NCBI GenBank assembly: GCA_026397255.1
Contig: JAPLVF010000011.1
Span: 7,589-71,588 of the forward strand
Length of the DNA stretch: 64,000 nt
DNA from: Candidatus Beckwithbacteria bacterium
GTDB taxonomy: Bacteria; Patescibacteriota; Microgenomatia; UBA1400; CG1-02-47-37
Direction: 5' to 3'
Shown here one piece after another: positions 25,488-34,453 of the stretch (its first letter is position 1; the number at the start of each line of letters is the position of its first letter). The position numbers and the translations under genes are program-made. Below the pieces are notes generated by a model, which made no database searches, was not told the DNA's origin, and saw only the letters and a list, made by a program, of their open reading frames with translations.

Positions 25488-26487
25488 AAATTTTATAGCC
25501 GCAGTTACTACAGCGGCCGGTTTTGGTATTTAAATTCTCGATTTGACCGACATAATGGCTGCGGGAGATCAGCAGGATTTGACAGTGGGGGCAGATCGTC
25601 GAGGAGTGTTTCGGGTCAAAAACATTGCCGATGTAGATATAATGCAAACCGGACTTTTTACCAATCTGACAAGCTTTGATTAAAGTGGAATGAGGCGTGA
25701 CTGGAATATCAGTCATTTTATAGTCCGGGTGGAAAGCGGAAAGGTGCCAGGGAATATCCGGAGAGATCTGATATAAAAATTTAGCAATTTGGGTTAACTC
25801 TTTGACAGAATCGTTATGGTTGGGAATGATCAAGGTGGTAATTTCGGTGGCAATGCCGGACTGGAAAAAGCGCTTAATATTGGCCTTTACCGGTTCGATT
25901 TTAGCCTTACAAATCGTTTGGTAAAACTTAGCGGAAAAACTTTTTAAGTCAATATTAATGGCGTCCAAATATGGTTTTAAATAATTAAACGTTTCGACAG
26001 ACTCAAAACCATTGGAAACATAGACGTTTTTCAAGCCTTTCTTTTTGGCTAAAACAGCGGTGTCATGAGCAAATTCCACAAAAATCGCCGGTTCATTGTA
26101 AGTGTAGGCAATACCGGAAGCGTGTTGGGATAAGGCCAGGTCCACCAGTTCTTCAGGAGTAATTTTAGTGGTATTGATTTTCAGACCGGTTTTGTTTCCC
26201 TGGCTTTGCTCCCAGTTTTGGCAAAAAGTGCAAGCAAAGTTGCAGCCGACCGTGCCGAAAGAAAGGAGGTTAGAGCCGGGTAAGAAATGATAGAGCGGTT
26301 TTTTCTCAACCGGATCGAGCGCCGGGCCGACGATTTGACCGTAAACCAAAGAATAAAGCCGGCCGTTTTTATTTAAGCGGGTGGCGCAGACGCCTAAGTT
26401 CCCAGGAGCGATGCGGCAATACCAAGAACAAGCCTGGCATTGGACGACTCCACCACTCAGTTTTTTAAATACTTTTGCTGCTTTCAC
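25471..26487 (-). CDS. AmmeMemoRadiSam system radical SAM enzyme
   Basis: Radical SAM 'CNFACTFCQNW' (CxxxCxxC); N-terminal Cys cluster 'CQACSWYCRIAPGNLGVC'; C-terminal 'CPHCQ...CSNCG'. Confidence 0.8.
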   Translation of the reverse strand: MKAAKVFKKLSGGVVQCQACSWYCRIAPGNLGVCATRLNKNGRLYSLVYGQIVGPALDPVEKKPLYHFLPGSNLLSFGTVGCNFACTFCQNWEQSQGNKTGLKINTTKITPEELVDLALSQHASGIAYTYNEPAIFVEFAHDTAVLAKKKGLKNVYVSNGFESVETFNYLKPYLDAINIDLKSFSAKFYQTICKAKIEPVKANIKRFFQSGIATEITTLIIPNHNDSVKELTQIAKFLYQISPDIPWHLSAFHPDYKMTDIPVTPHSTLIKACQIGKKSGLHYIYIGNVFDPKHSSTICPHCQILLISRSHYVGQIENLNTKTGRCSNCGYKIYGVWH

Positions 26488-27497
26488 ATTTTTTCAAAAA
26501 TTTCATTTTTTTTGACAAAGCTTTGGAGTAAATCATAAACCCGGCCGAATTCTTTTTGAGAAACATTTTGTTTGACTGCTTCTAATTTGATAGTAATTTG
26601 ATCCGGGCTTAAGTCATAACTGTACCAGCCTTCTTGAGTGTAGAGTTTTTTGGGAGGGTAAAGGAATTGATTGCTGGCTAACTTCTTGTCGACGGGGAAG
26701 CGGGGATAATGGACTAGGTAGGTAAAAATTTGCGGCCGGAGGGAATTTTCATTGAGAACTTTTTCAAGAAATAAATAAGCAGCATGGTGGTCAGGGTGAA
26801 TGTCTCTAGGATGGGGGGCAATAATGACAGTAGGATTAAAAGATTGAATAATTTCATTCAGATCGTTGACAACATTGGTGCCGGTATAAAGCTGCCCGGA
26901 TTTATATGTGCCGCTGTATGGATTGTAAGTAAATTCCGTGCCCTTAGAAGCATAGGGATTGGAAGGGTCATAATATTTATTAAACATCGGAGTTAGGCCT
27001 TGGTCAGGGTAGCCTAAAAAAATAAGATTATCAGCGGTTAAACCTAAAACGGCCGTGGCCGCCTTGGCTTCAGACATTCTTTGCTCGCCCAGACTGACAA
27101 ATTCATTGGGGCTGAGTTTAAGATTTCTATTTTCTTTAATGACAGCGCTGAGACTATTGTCGCCGTTAGTCAGATAAACAATCTTAATAGCGGCACCGGT
27201 TTTAAGGGCATGGTTAATAATTCCGGCAGAACTGATAACTTCATCGTCGACATGGGGTGCCAGGATCAAAATCCGGTCATGGTTGGTTAGATCGGGAAAT
27301 CGGGCTAACTGGCCTTTAGATAAGAAAAAGCTAAGTAGGGCGCCAAACCCAAAAAACCAAAATCCCCAGATAATAAAGACAATAATAATTAGGCGTCGGT
27401 GGCGATGGTTAATTTTTTTTAGCCAACGGAAAAAGCTGGACATAATGAATTTTATCACGGTATAATTCAAAAATGATAAAACTTTTTGAACCGACAA
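26484..27497 (-). CDS. PIG-L/LmbE-family N-acetylglucosaminyl deacetylase, membrane-anchored
   Basis: 'ILILAPHVDDEVISSAG' (PIG-L HxDDE motif), 'HPDH'; N-terminal TM helix. Confidence 0.75.
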   Translation of the reverse strand: MSVQKVLSFLNYTVIKFIMSSFFRWLKKINHRHRRLIIIVFIIWGFWFFGFGALLSFFLSKGQLARFPDLTNHDRILILAPHVDDEVISSAGIINHALKTGAAIKIVYLTNGDNSLSAVIKENRNLKLSPNEFVSLGEQRMSEAKAATAVLGLTADNLIFLGYPDQGLTPMFNKYYDPSNPYASKGTEFTYNPYSGTYKSGQLYTGTNVVNDLNEIIQSFNPTVIIAPHPRDIHPDHHAAYLFLEKVLNENSLRPQIFTYLVHYPRFPVDKKLASNQFLYPPKKLYTQEGWYSYDLSPDQITIKLEAVKQNVSQKEFGRVYDLLQSFVKKNEIFEKM

Positions 27498-28078
27498 AGG
27501 ATTTGGAGATAGAAGAGGACATATTCAAGACAGAAATTAAAGGATTATGGTATATTGCCAGAAAGCAATTCAGCGATGAAAGAGGTTTTTTTACAGAAGT
27601 AGCCCAGACTTATAAATTGGAAAAAGTATTAGGGCGGCAGTTTGTGGTAAAACAGATTAATCATTCCCGGTCAATAACCAATGTGGTAAGGGGAATGCAT
27701 GCCGAAGATTGGAAAAAAGTGATTACGGTAACGAATGGTGCGGCTTTCTGCGCCTTGGCCGATGTCCGGCCAGAGTCCGCCACTTTCGGTAAAGTGGTTA
27801 ACTTTAAATTAGGGTTCGGAGAGGAATTTTTAACCGGATCATTGCTGGTGGAAGAAGAAATTGCCAATTCTTTTTGCGTGTTAAAGGGGCCGGTGGATTA
27901 TGTTTATTGCGTTGACCGGCTTTACGGTCAGCGGGATCCAAAAGGGGATGTGGCGATTTCTTTGTTTGATCCGGACTTAAAGATTGAGTGGCCGATTAAA
28001 AGAGAAGAGATGATTTTAAGCCAGAGAGATAAGAACTCAATTACTTTGCGGCAAAGGTTTCCGGAGAAGTTTAAGTGA
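27473..28078 (+). CDS. dTDP-4-dehydrorhamnose 3,5-epimerase-like cupin (RmlC family)
   Basis: 'FSDERGFFTEV', 'QINHSRSITNVVRGMHAE' fit the RmlC pattern D.RG.F.E...S.S..GvlRGLH. Confidence 0.7.
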   Translation: MIKLFEPTKDLEIEEDIFKTEIKGLWYIARKQFSDERGFFTEVAQTYKLEKVLGRQFVVKQINHSRSITNVVRGMHAEDWKKVITVTNGAAFCALADVRPESATFGKVVNFKLGFGEEFLTGSLLVEEEIANSFCVLKGPVDYVYCVDRLYGQRDPKGDVAISLFDPDLKIEWPIKREEMILSQRDKNSITLRQRFPEKFK

Positions 28079-28438
28079 GATAATAAAGAGCGTCAGCATA
28101 ACCAATTGGCAGGCAAGACAGACGGGGCAGAGGACATTTTCCATAAATATTTCCAAATAAGTTAGGCGCAGGCAAAAAAGCATGCCAAACGTGCTCATAA
28201 ACAAGTGAAGTTTGAGCAACTTCATTAAAGAGGCGTAGAGAATTAAAATATAGCCGATTAGGCCGACTAAAGAGACGGGAATGCCGAAAAGAGTCGCCAG
28301 GTTGCCTTTAGTGACGGCCTCACAATTAACGGTTTGACTGATGTTGCAGAGACCGGAAGGGATGACTGCCAGATAGTTGTAAAATAAATAGCTGGCTAAC
28401 AGAATGCCAATGAGGCAAAGAATAACGGAAAGTTTCAT
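28037..28438 (-). CDS. vitamin K epoxide reductase (VKOR) family membrane protein
   Basis: Four TM helices; loop cysteines 'CNISQTVNC'; active-site 'CPVC' in a TM helix; start placed at MKLSVILCL (the ORF track extends to 28519). Confidence 0.6.
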   Translation of the reverse strand: MKLSVILCLIGILLASYLFYNYLAVIPSGLCNISQTVNCEAVTKGNLATLFGIPVSLVGLIGYILILYASLMKLLKLHLFMSTFGMLFCLRLTYLEIFMENVLCPVCLACQLVMLTLFIISLKLLRKPLPQSN

Positions 28439-28554
28439 AACTTTATTATTATAAATATTTATTGTACAATCAAGACGTAAGTTTTCGCAGGTGTCTTTTG
28501 GTTGCCAGTCGGTTGCCAAGGGATTCTGCTTTTGAGGGGTGGTGAGATAAGTAA

Positions 28555-28827
28555 ATGAAGTTATACGTAGGCAATCTAGATTACACCGTTACTGGCGATG
28601 CGTTAGCGCAGTTGTTTGGTGAGTGTGGTCAAGTAATTCAAGCAGTAGTAATTTCTGACAGAAATACAGGCCGTTCAAAAGGTTTTGGTTTCGTAGAAAT
28701 GGCTGACGAGGATGCAAAAAAAGCCATGCAAAAATTTAACGAATTTGACTTTCAAGGTAGAAAGTTAAGAGTTAATGAAGCTAGGCCGTTGCAGCCAAGA
28801 CAAGATTTTCGACCCAGAAATCACTAA
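28555..28827 (+). CDS. RRM-type RNA-binding protein
   Basis: RNP-2 'LYVGNL' and RNP-1 'KGFGFVEM'. Confidence 0.85.
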   Translation: MKLYVGNLDYTVTGDALAQLFGECGQVIQAVVISDRNTGRSKGFGFVEMADEDAKKAMQKFNEFDFQGRKLRVNEARPLQPRQDFRPRNH

Positions 28828-28840
28828 TAGTTAATAAAGA

Positions 28841-29230
28841 ATGACTCCAAGTAAGTCAACTTTTTGGTTAACATTGGGAATGTTTTTACTGGTGTTAATA
28901 CCGGTGATAATTTGGGGCTTGGTTAGCACCAAATCAGCGGTTAAACCAGGACAATACGACAATTTGGCTAAATGCTTGACCCAGTCGGGTGCCAAAATGT
29001 TTGGCGCTTATTGGTGTACGCATTGCCAAAATCAAAAACGAAGCTTTGGGGATTCTTTCCAGTATATTAAGTACGTGGAATGTGCTTTAGCGGTAGGAAA
29101 TGAGCCAGCCCAAGAATGTAAAGACGCCGGGATTAAGGTATATCCGACGTGGATTTTTGGCAACGGCGAGAGAGTGGAGGGGGAAATGAGTGTTGAACAA
29201 TTGATGCAAAAAAGCAGTTGCCAAATTTAA
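28841..29230 (+). CDS. membrane-anchored thioredoxin-like protein (CxxC)
   Basis: N-terminal TM; 'YWCTHCQNQK' CxxC motif; a second Cys pair 'ECALAVGNEPAQEC'; located near the VKOR gene. Confidence 0.55.
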   Translation: MTPSKSTFWLTLGMFLLVLIPVIIWGLVSTKSAVKPGQYDNLAKCLTQSGAKMFGAYWCTHCQNQKRSFGDSFQYIKYVECALAVGNEPAQECKDAGIKVYPTWIFGNGERVEGEMSVEQLMQKSSCQI

Positions 29231-29246
29231 GGAGGTGAGATAAGTA

Positions 29247-29720
29247 ATGAAAAAGCTATTATTTCTCGGGTTAGCGGCGTTATTATTAACAGGCTGTCTA
29301 CAAAAAAAGACAGCCGTAACTACCCCTGAAGAAAAACCCAGTAAAGTGGAAGAATTTACCGGTAACTTACTAAAGGCGATGGGGTCAGGTCTGCCAATAA
29401 AGTGTGATTGGCAGAAAGATACCAGTCAAGCGACGGCTTATATTAAAGGCAAACAGATGTTCATTGAAACGACCCACGCGGAGAGAACAGGATACATTAT
29501 TCTGAAAGATAATTGTTTTTGGACTTGGAATAAAGGAGAACCGACAGGAATGAAACTTTGTTCTGAACCGGCCGCGTCAGATGAAAATAAATTCCAGGGA
29601 ATTGATTGGAGCCAGGAATACAACTGTGGCCCGGCAATATTTGGTGATGATAAATTTGTGCCGCCGAATGAAATTAAGTTTACTGACCTGGGAGAGATGA
29701 TGAAAGGGGCTGGGCAATGA
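29247..29720 (+). CDS. lipoprotein, hypothetical
   Basis: AGGAGGTG RBS; signal peptide plus lipobox 'LLTGCLQ'. Confidence 0.45.
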   Translation: MKKLLFLGLAALLLTGCLQKKTAVTTPEEKPSKVEEFTGNLLKAMGSGLPIKCDWQKDTSQATAYIKGKQMFIETTHAERTGYIILKDNCFWTWNKGEPTGMKLCSEPAASDENKFQGIDWSQEYNCGPAIFGDDKFVPPNEIKFTDLGEMMKGAGQ

Positions 29721-30550
29721 GCGTCGGGCTGTTTCAGACAAAAGAATATGGCGAAATTTTCGCCAAGAATTTTTGTGATCCAAAAAATATTATTGATGGG
29801 ATTTGGGAAATTTATGAGGATAAATTGGTTTTGTTGGGGATGAAGCCGGTGTTACCCCACTTCGCCGAGGCTTCGCGGGGCGAGGGTGGTCAGGAAGTAA
29901 CTGATTATGCGAAAACGGATATTAAACAGTTACCGACGGGGTATAAAAAAATTCAGTTGGATTATGTGAGGGAGGATAGTGAAACATACACCCACTTCGC
30001 TAAAAGCTTCGCTAGGGTCACGAAGCAGGAGGTTTCTCCCTATATTGAGTTACCGAGTTCTTGGGAAGAGTATTTGGGCGGATTGGAAAGAAAATATCGA
30101 AAAGAATTAAAGAGAAAATTTAAACGCCTAGGGGAAACAGAATATCAGGTGGTGACCGAGAAAAATATAGATGAATTTGTCCGGTTGCACCGTTTGTCTG
30201 ATCCGGCGAAAAATAAGTTTATGAGTGAGCCAATGGCAAAGTTTTTTAAAGATGTGGTTGAGGCAAAAATTCCGGGTTGGAAGGTGTCTTTAAACTTTTT
30301 AAAGATAGAAGATAAATATGCCGCCGGAATAATGAGCTTTGAGAATCAAGACGAGTGGTGGTTGTATAACTCCGGTTATGGCCCGGAATTTAGTTTTTAC
30401 AGTGTGGGGTTATTGTTAAAAGCCCTGAGTATTAAACAGGCGATTGAGGCGGGTAAGAAAAAATATGATTTTTTGCGCGGCAGCGAGCGGTATAAATACG
30501 AGTTGGGAGGGAAAAATTTACAGTTATACAAGATAGAAATAGAGCTTTAG
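29717..30550 (+). CDS. GNAT-fold acyltransferase, CelD/BioF2-like (Acetyltransf_6)
   Basis: C-terminal 'WWLYNSGYGPEFSFYSVGLLLKALSIKQAIEAGKKKYDFLRGSERYKYELGG' is typical of this family. Confidence 0.4.
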   Translation: MSVGLFQTKEYGEIFAKNFCDPKNIIDGIWEIYEDKLVLLGMKPVLPHFAEASRGEGGQEVTDYAKTDIKQLPTGYKKIQLDYVREDSETYTHFAKSFARVTKQEVSPYIELPSSWEEYLGGLERKYRKELKRKFKRLGETEYQVVTEKNIDEFVRLHRLSDPAKNKFMSEPMAKFFKDVVEAKIPGWKVSLNFLKIEDKYAAGIMSFENQDEWWLYNSGYGPEFSFYSVGLLLKALSIKQAIEAGKKKYDFLRGSERYKYELGGKNLQLYKIEIEL

Positions 30551-31278
30551 AGCTTGGTAATTTCGGCAATGATGGCCTGGTGGTCGGAAAGTCCGGTTTG
30601 GAGATAAATATTTTTAACCAGGTATTGGGGACTAGAAAACAGGCCATCAACCACTAATTGGAGCGGGCCGGCCTGGTGGAGTTGGGGATCAATAGTCGTG
30701 GTGATATTGAGGGGAAGACTATCATGATATAAAGAGGCCAGGGTGGTCCAAGTTTTTTGGCCGCGGGGGGCGTTAAAGTCACCACAAAGCACAAATTCGG
30801 GAATAGTTTTAAGAATGTCTAGAAGTTTTTGCAGTGGTTTTGCCTGAATTTGGTCGGCGGTTTCCGGTTTGGCCCAAGTAAAATGAGCGTTGGCAACAGT
30901 AAACGATTGGTGGTTTTTGGTAACAGTGGTCCAAAGCAGGGCGCGTCCGGAAGAGCCGGGGCCGGTATAAGTCAGAAGGGGCTTGGCTTGGCCGAAATAA
31001 TATTGATGCTGGGTGTTGGTTAGGGATAAACGGGAGAGAATTGCCATGCCCCAGACTTCTTTTTGCAGGTTACCGGAGTGATAATTTTCTTGTTCGCTAA
31101 GATACCAGAGGGGGACAAAGGCGGCTTTGAGGCTAAGCGCTGTTTCCAGATACGCGACGTCTTTTTGGAAAACTTCTTGAAGACAAACAATGTCCGCTTC
31201 GGCCTTTTTTAAAAAGGGGATAACCAGTTGAAAGTGTTTTCTGGCCTCGATATTTAAAGAGATAAGTTTAAGAGACAT
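30547..31278 (-). CDS. endonuclease/exonuclease/phosphatase (EEP) family protein
   Basis: 'LISLNIEARKHF...ADIVCLQEV', 'GDFNAP', 'SDHQAI' EEP motifs. Confidence 0.75.
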   Translation of the reverse strand: MSLKLISLNIEARKHFQLVIPFLKKAEADIVCLQEVFQKDVAYLETALSLKAAFVPLWYLSEQENYHSGNLQKEVWGMAILSRLSLTNTQHQYYFGQAKPLLTYTGPGSSGRALLWTTVTKNHQSFTVANAHFTWAKPETADQIQAKPLQKLLDILKTIPEFVLCGDFNAPRGQKTWTTLASLYHDSLPLNITTTIDPQLHQAGPLQLVVDGLFSSPQYLVKNIYLQTGLSDHQAIIAEITKL

Positions 31279-31334
31279 AGATAAATTATACTATGATATA
31301 ATTCGTCTTATCCTGCCAGAAAGCAGGATTTTTT

Positions 31335-32915
31335 ATGGCAATATCGGAACATCTCAGAGAAAAAGCGGAACATGTCTTGGGAGAAAGTTTAACAGACAGA
31401 TTAGTTTTGCCGGTGCAGATTATGCCGGAAAGATCCGGTGATCCGTTGGGGGAAGCTCTACCAAGTGGTTTACCGGCAGTTTTGGTATTTAGTGAAGCGG
31501 CAAAAAGAGAATATGAAAACGGTAACTTTAAGAATTTGCGCTTGGGTTATAAACGTATATTGAGTGAATTAAGAGGAGATAATAAGGGGAAGCTTGGATT
31601 TTTTGTGGAGGTGGGAGACTCGGATTGTTTGGCCATTGGCGAAGTTGATAAAGAGGGAGTAAAAATTAATCTTAAAGAAGGAGGATTTGTAAAATTTGAT
31701 CCAGAGAAACAAAAGTTAGGATTGAAAATTATTACCGGAAGAGAGGCAAGAAACACGATTAATGATTTTTGGGCAGAGCGGTTTATGATTAATCTTGAGG
31801 GTGAAGCTGTTCAGTCGATAGATCCAAGAATAGAAAAACTACAGGAAGAGATTGGTTTAGTGGATAGGACGCGAGAGAATATTAATAGGGTTTTTGAAAG
31901 AGAATGGATGAGTCCAAATTATGGTTCAGCCAGATTGTGGGGAATAAAGACCGAGGTGGATGGGGAAACAGTAGAATTACCAGTGTTGGTGATGACTGAG
32001 TCAGGGAAGCAGATTAGTCAGCAGTTGCGGCCAAAGATTCTAGTGGAGGAGGCGGGTCAAATTACAACTTTGGATATAGAAATTATTCCCGGTAAAAGAG
32101 GGCAAGTGAGGGCGAGGAAGGATGGGGATGAGGTTGATTTATTTGATAATTTAGGCACCAATTTTTTATCCGCCAGTGATATAGCTAACAATAAACTGGC
32201 AAACATGAGAGATACGGAAAGACTTAGAGCGGTTGGAATTTTTGTTTCAGAAAGATTTGGCAGTTTGCGCACGGCATTGCTTCAAGTCAATTTAGAAAAA
32301 CAAACACTGAGGGTGTTTGATGAGAAAGGGTGGCTAAAAGACGCGGCAAAATTAAAGGAGCAAATACAGATGATTGAGGCTGAAGCAGAGAAAAATAAAG
32401 CCAGGATAGTTGATTTAGATAATGAGGAGACATTGAAGACAGCAGCGTGGCTAGAGAATGGAGACCTTAATTTATTTGATTATCTGGATAGAAGGCTGGG
32501 AGGAGGTTGGGGAGAAAGGGTAAAAGATGGAGTTGTTGGGGAAAAGCGGTCGGCATTTTGGGAAAATAAAGATAATCAGGCGGTAGTGAAGGGAATTGCC
32601 TGGAAGGCGGGATATTTTTATAAAAACTCATTGCATAATTACAGTTATGGTTCAGTGATGTCAACGCAAGACGAGGGTAAAATTGTGACAACGCACATGA
32701 GGGTAGATATTAAAGGTGTCTCGAGTCGGGGATTGACTGAGGATAGATTGGAGTCAGCGGGGAATAAGGAAGACGGGGTAGATGTAGAAATATATGTGCT
32801 TCTGGATAAAACAATTAAAGTGCATGTTGGCAATCAGGCTAAAGATTTGAAACAGCCAGAAGAAAAACAGTTTTGGCTGAAGGTGTTGGCGGGAATGAAA
32901 ATAGATCATTCCTGA
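31335..32915 (+). CDS. large hypothetical protein (526 aa), no recognisable domain
   Basis: ORF with consistent coding composition; charged, probably soluble. Confidence 0.4.
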   Translation: MAISEHLREKAEHVLGESLTDRLVLPVQIMPERSGDPLGEALPSGLPAVLVFSEAAKREYENGNFKNLRLGYKRILSELRGDNKGKLGFFVEVGDSDCLAIGEVDKEGVKINLKEGGFVKFDPEKQKLGLKIITGREARNTINDFWAERFMINLEGEAVQSIDPRIEKLQEEIGLVDRTRENINRVFEREWMSPNYGSARLWGIKTEVDGETVELPVLVMTESGKQISQQLRPKILVEEAGQITTLDIEIIPGKRGQVRARKDGDEVDLFDNLGTNFLSASDIANNKLANMRDTERLRAVGIFVSERFGSLRTALLQVNLEKQTLRVFDEKGWLKDAAKLKEQIQMIEAEAEKNKARIVDLDNEETLKTAAWLENGDLNLFDYLDRRLGGGWGERVKDGVVGEKRSAFWENKDNQAVVKGIAWKAGYFYKNSLHNYSYGSVMSTQDEGKIVTTHMRVDIKGVSSRGLTEDRLESAGNKEDGVDVEIYVLLDKTIKVHVGNQAKDLKQPEEKQFWLKVLAGMKIDHS

Positions 32916-33170
32916 GTATTTTTAGTGAACGGAATTCAGTTATTAACTTGATATGACAATAATTATTCCCAAGGTGCGTCGCCGTAGATAATGACTTTTG
33001 TGCCGGGGTTTTCACTAGAAGCGAGGAGACTGGTTTTATCCCGCAGTTCAGGATTAGCCCAATAATAAAACAGGGCGACTTCTTCGGTTTTCATAGAGAC
33101 ATTGGGAAAGTAATAAGCTGAGGTTTGACCTAAAACCGCATTTATATTATATAATGAAAAAACATAAAGT

Positions 33171-33674
33171 ATGAAAACAGTGGCTCTAACTTTACAAAGA
33201 TATTTAGCCTTAAGGTTAAACTTGGTGATTTATTTGGCAGGATTTTTAATTCCCCTTATTTTTACTCATCCGCAGGTGGTAACCGGAACAATTGTTAATG
33301 CTTTAATTTTTACGGTGGCGGATAGATTAAGCAAAAAAGCCCTGTGGCCGATTTTGATCCTGCCCAGTTTGGGGGCGGTCAGCCGGGGACTGCTGTTTGG
33401 GCCGCAGACATTTTTCCTGATTTACTTTCTGCCGTTTATTTGGCTGGGGAATTATGTTCAAGTGACAGTGTTTGGTTTAACGAAAGGACAAAGCTATGGT
33501 TTGAGAATAGGCGGAGCGGCAGTAGCTAAATATATCGTGCTAGTGGGTATTGCCAATATTTATTTTAGGTTGAATATTGTGCCGCAATTGTTCGTGATGT
33601 CGATGGGGGCAATTCAATTAATAACTGCCTGTTTAGGAGGGTTGGTAGCAAAATGTCTGAAGTCGATCGCTTAA
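33171..33674 (+). CDS. polytopic membrane protein, possibly an ECF-transporter S-component-like protein
   Basis: Five or six predicted TM helices in ~165 aa; its stop overlaps the start of the downstream hydrogenase-like gene. Confidence 0.3.
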   Translation: MKTVALTLQRYLALRLNLVIYLAGFLIPLIFTHPQVVTGTIVNALIFTVADRLSKKALWPILILPSLGAVSRGLLFGPQTFFLIYFLPFIWLGNYVQVTVFGLTKGQSYGLRIGGAAVAKYIVLVGIANIYFRLNIVPQLFVMSMGAIQLITACLGGLVAKCLKSIA

Positions 33675-34444
33675 TTCAAGCCTTAACTGAGAAAAAGAAG
33701 TTGGTGGCAATGATGGCCCCGTCTTTTCCGATTGTTTTTGCTTACCCGGGTATTATTGCCAGTTTAAAAAAGTTAGGATTTAGCTATTTTATTGAGGTGT
33801 CGGTCGGAGCCAAAAAAACTAACGAAGAATTACTGGAACTAATGAGAAAAAATCCGGAAGGACGGTATATTACCAGTCCCTGTCCGACGATCGTCCGGAT
33901 GGTCAGGAAGCAAATGCCTCAGTATGCTAAATACTTTACGACTGGAGTGGATTCGCCGATGGTGGCGACGGCTAAGATTGCGGCGGAAAAGTTTCCAGGC
34001 TGCCAACCGGTCTTTATCGGGCCGTGTATTGTGAAAAAATTGGAAGCGGTGGAAGACCATCCGGAACTGAATATTTTAGTGATTACGTACGAAGAGCTAA
34101 GGCAGGTTTTTGACCATTTTAAGATAAATATTCAAGAGAAAGGCGGGGAAAACGACAGATTTGATCTGGCAGAGACAGGTTTAACCAGAATTTATCCGGT
34201 GGATGGGGGGTTGTCCCACAGCAGCGGGGTGATGCAAAAATTTTCCGGGGGGGAAGTTAAGGTGGTGTCGGGGTGGGAAAATTGCCAGCAGGCAATTAAA
34301 GATTTTAATACAGATCCTAAGCTCAGGTTGCTGGATATTTTGTTTTGCGAAGGCGGATGCATCGGCGGGCCGGGGATAAAGAGCAGTTTAACGATAGAGG
34401 AGCGGATGAAGAAAATTCTGGATTATTACGCGAAAAATGCTTAA
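33653..34444 (+). CDS. minimal [FeFe]-hydrogenase H-cluster-domain-like protein (Fe_hyd_lg_C-like)
   Basis: Aligns with the H-domain: 'VAMMAPSFPIVF', 'LKKLGFSYFIEVSVGA', 'TSPCP' (L1, one Cys), 'FIGPCIVKKLEA' (L2), 'FCEGGCIGGPG' (L3). Confidence 0.55.
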   Translation: MSEVDRLIQALTEKKKLVAMMAPSFPIVFAYPGIIASLKKLGFSYFIEVSVGAKKTNEELLELMRKNPEGRYITSPCPTIVRMVRKQMPQYAKYFTTGVDSPMVATAKIAAEKFPGCQPVFIGPCIVKKLEAVEDHPELNILVITYEELRQVFDHFKINIQEKGGENDRFDLAETGLTRIYPVDGGLSHSSGVMQKFSGGEVKVVSGWENCQQAIKDFNTDPKLRLLDILFCEGGCIGGPGIKSSLTIEERMKKILDYYAKNA

Positions 34445-34453
34445 GATAGGTTA

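Noticed and set aside
25467-25679. 70-aa Arg/Ser-rich plus-strand ORF
   Set aside because: Antisense to the N-terminal Cys-cluster region of the radical SAM gene. Its composition is an artefact of GC-rich antisense.
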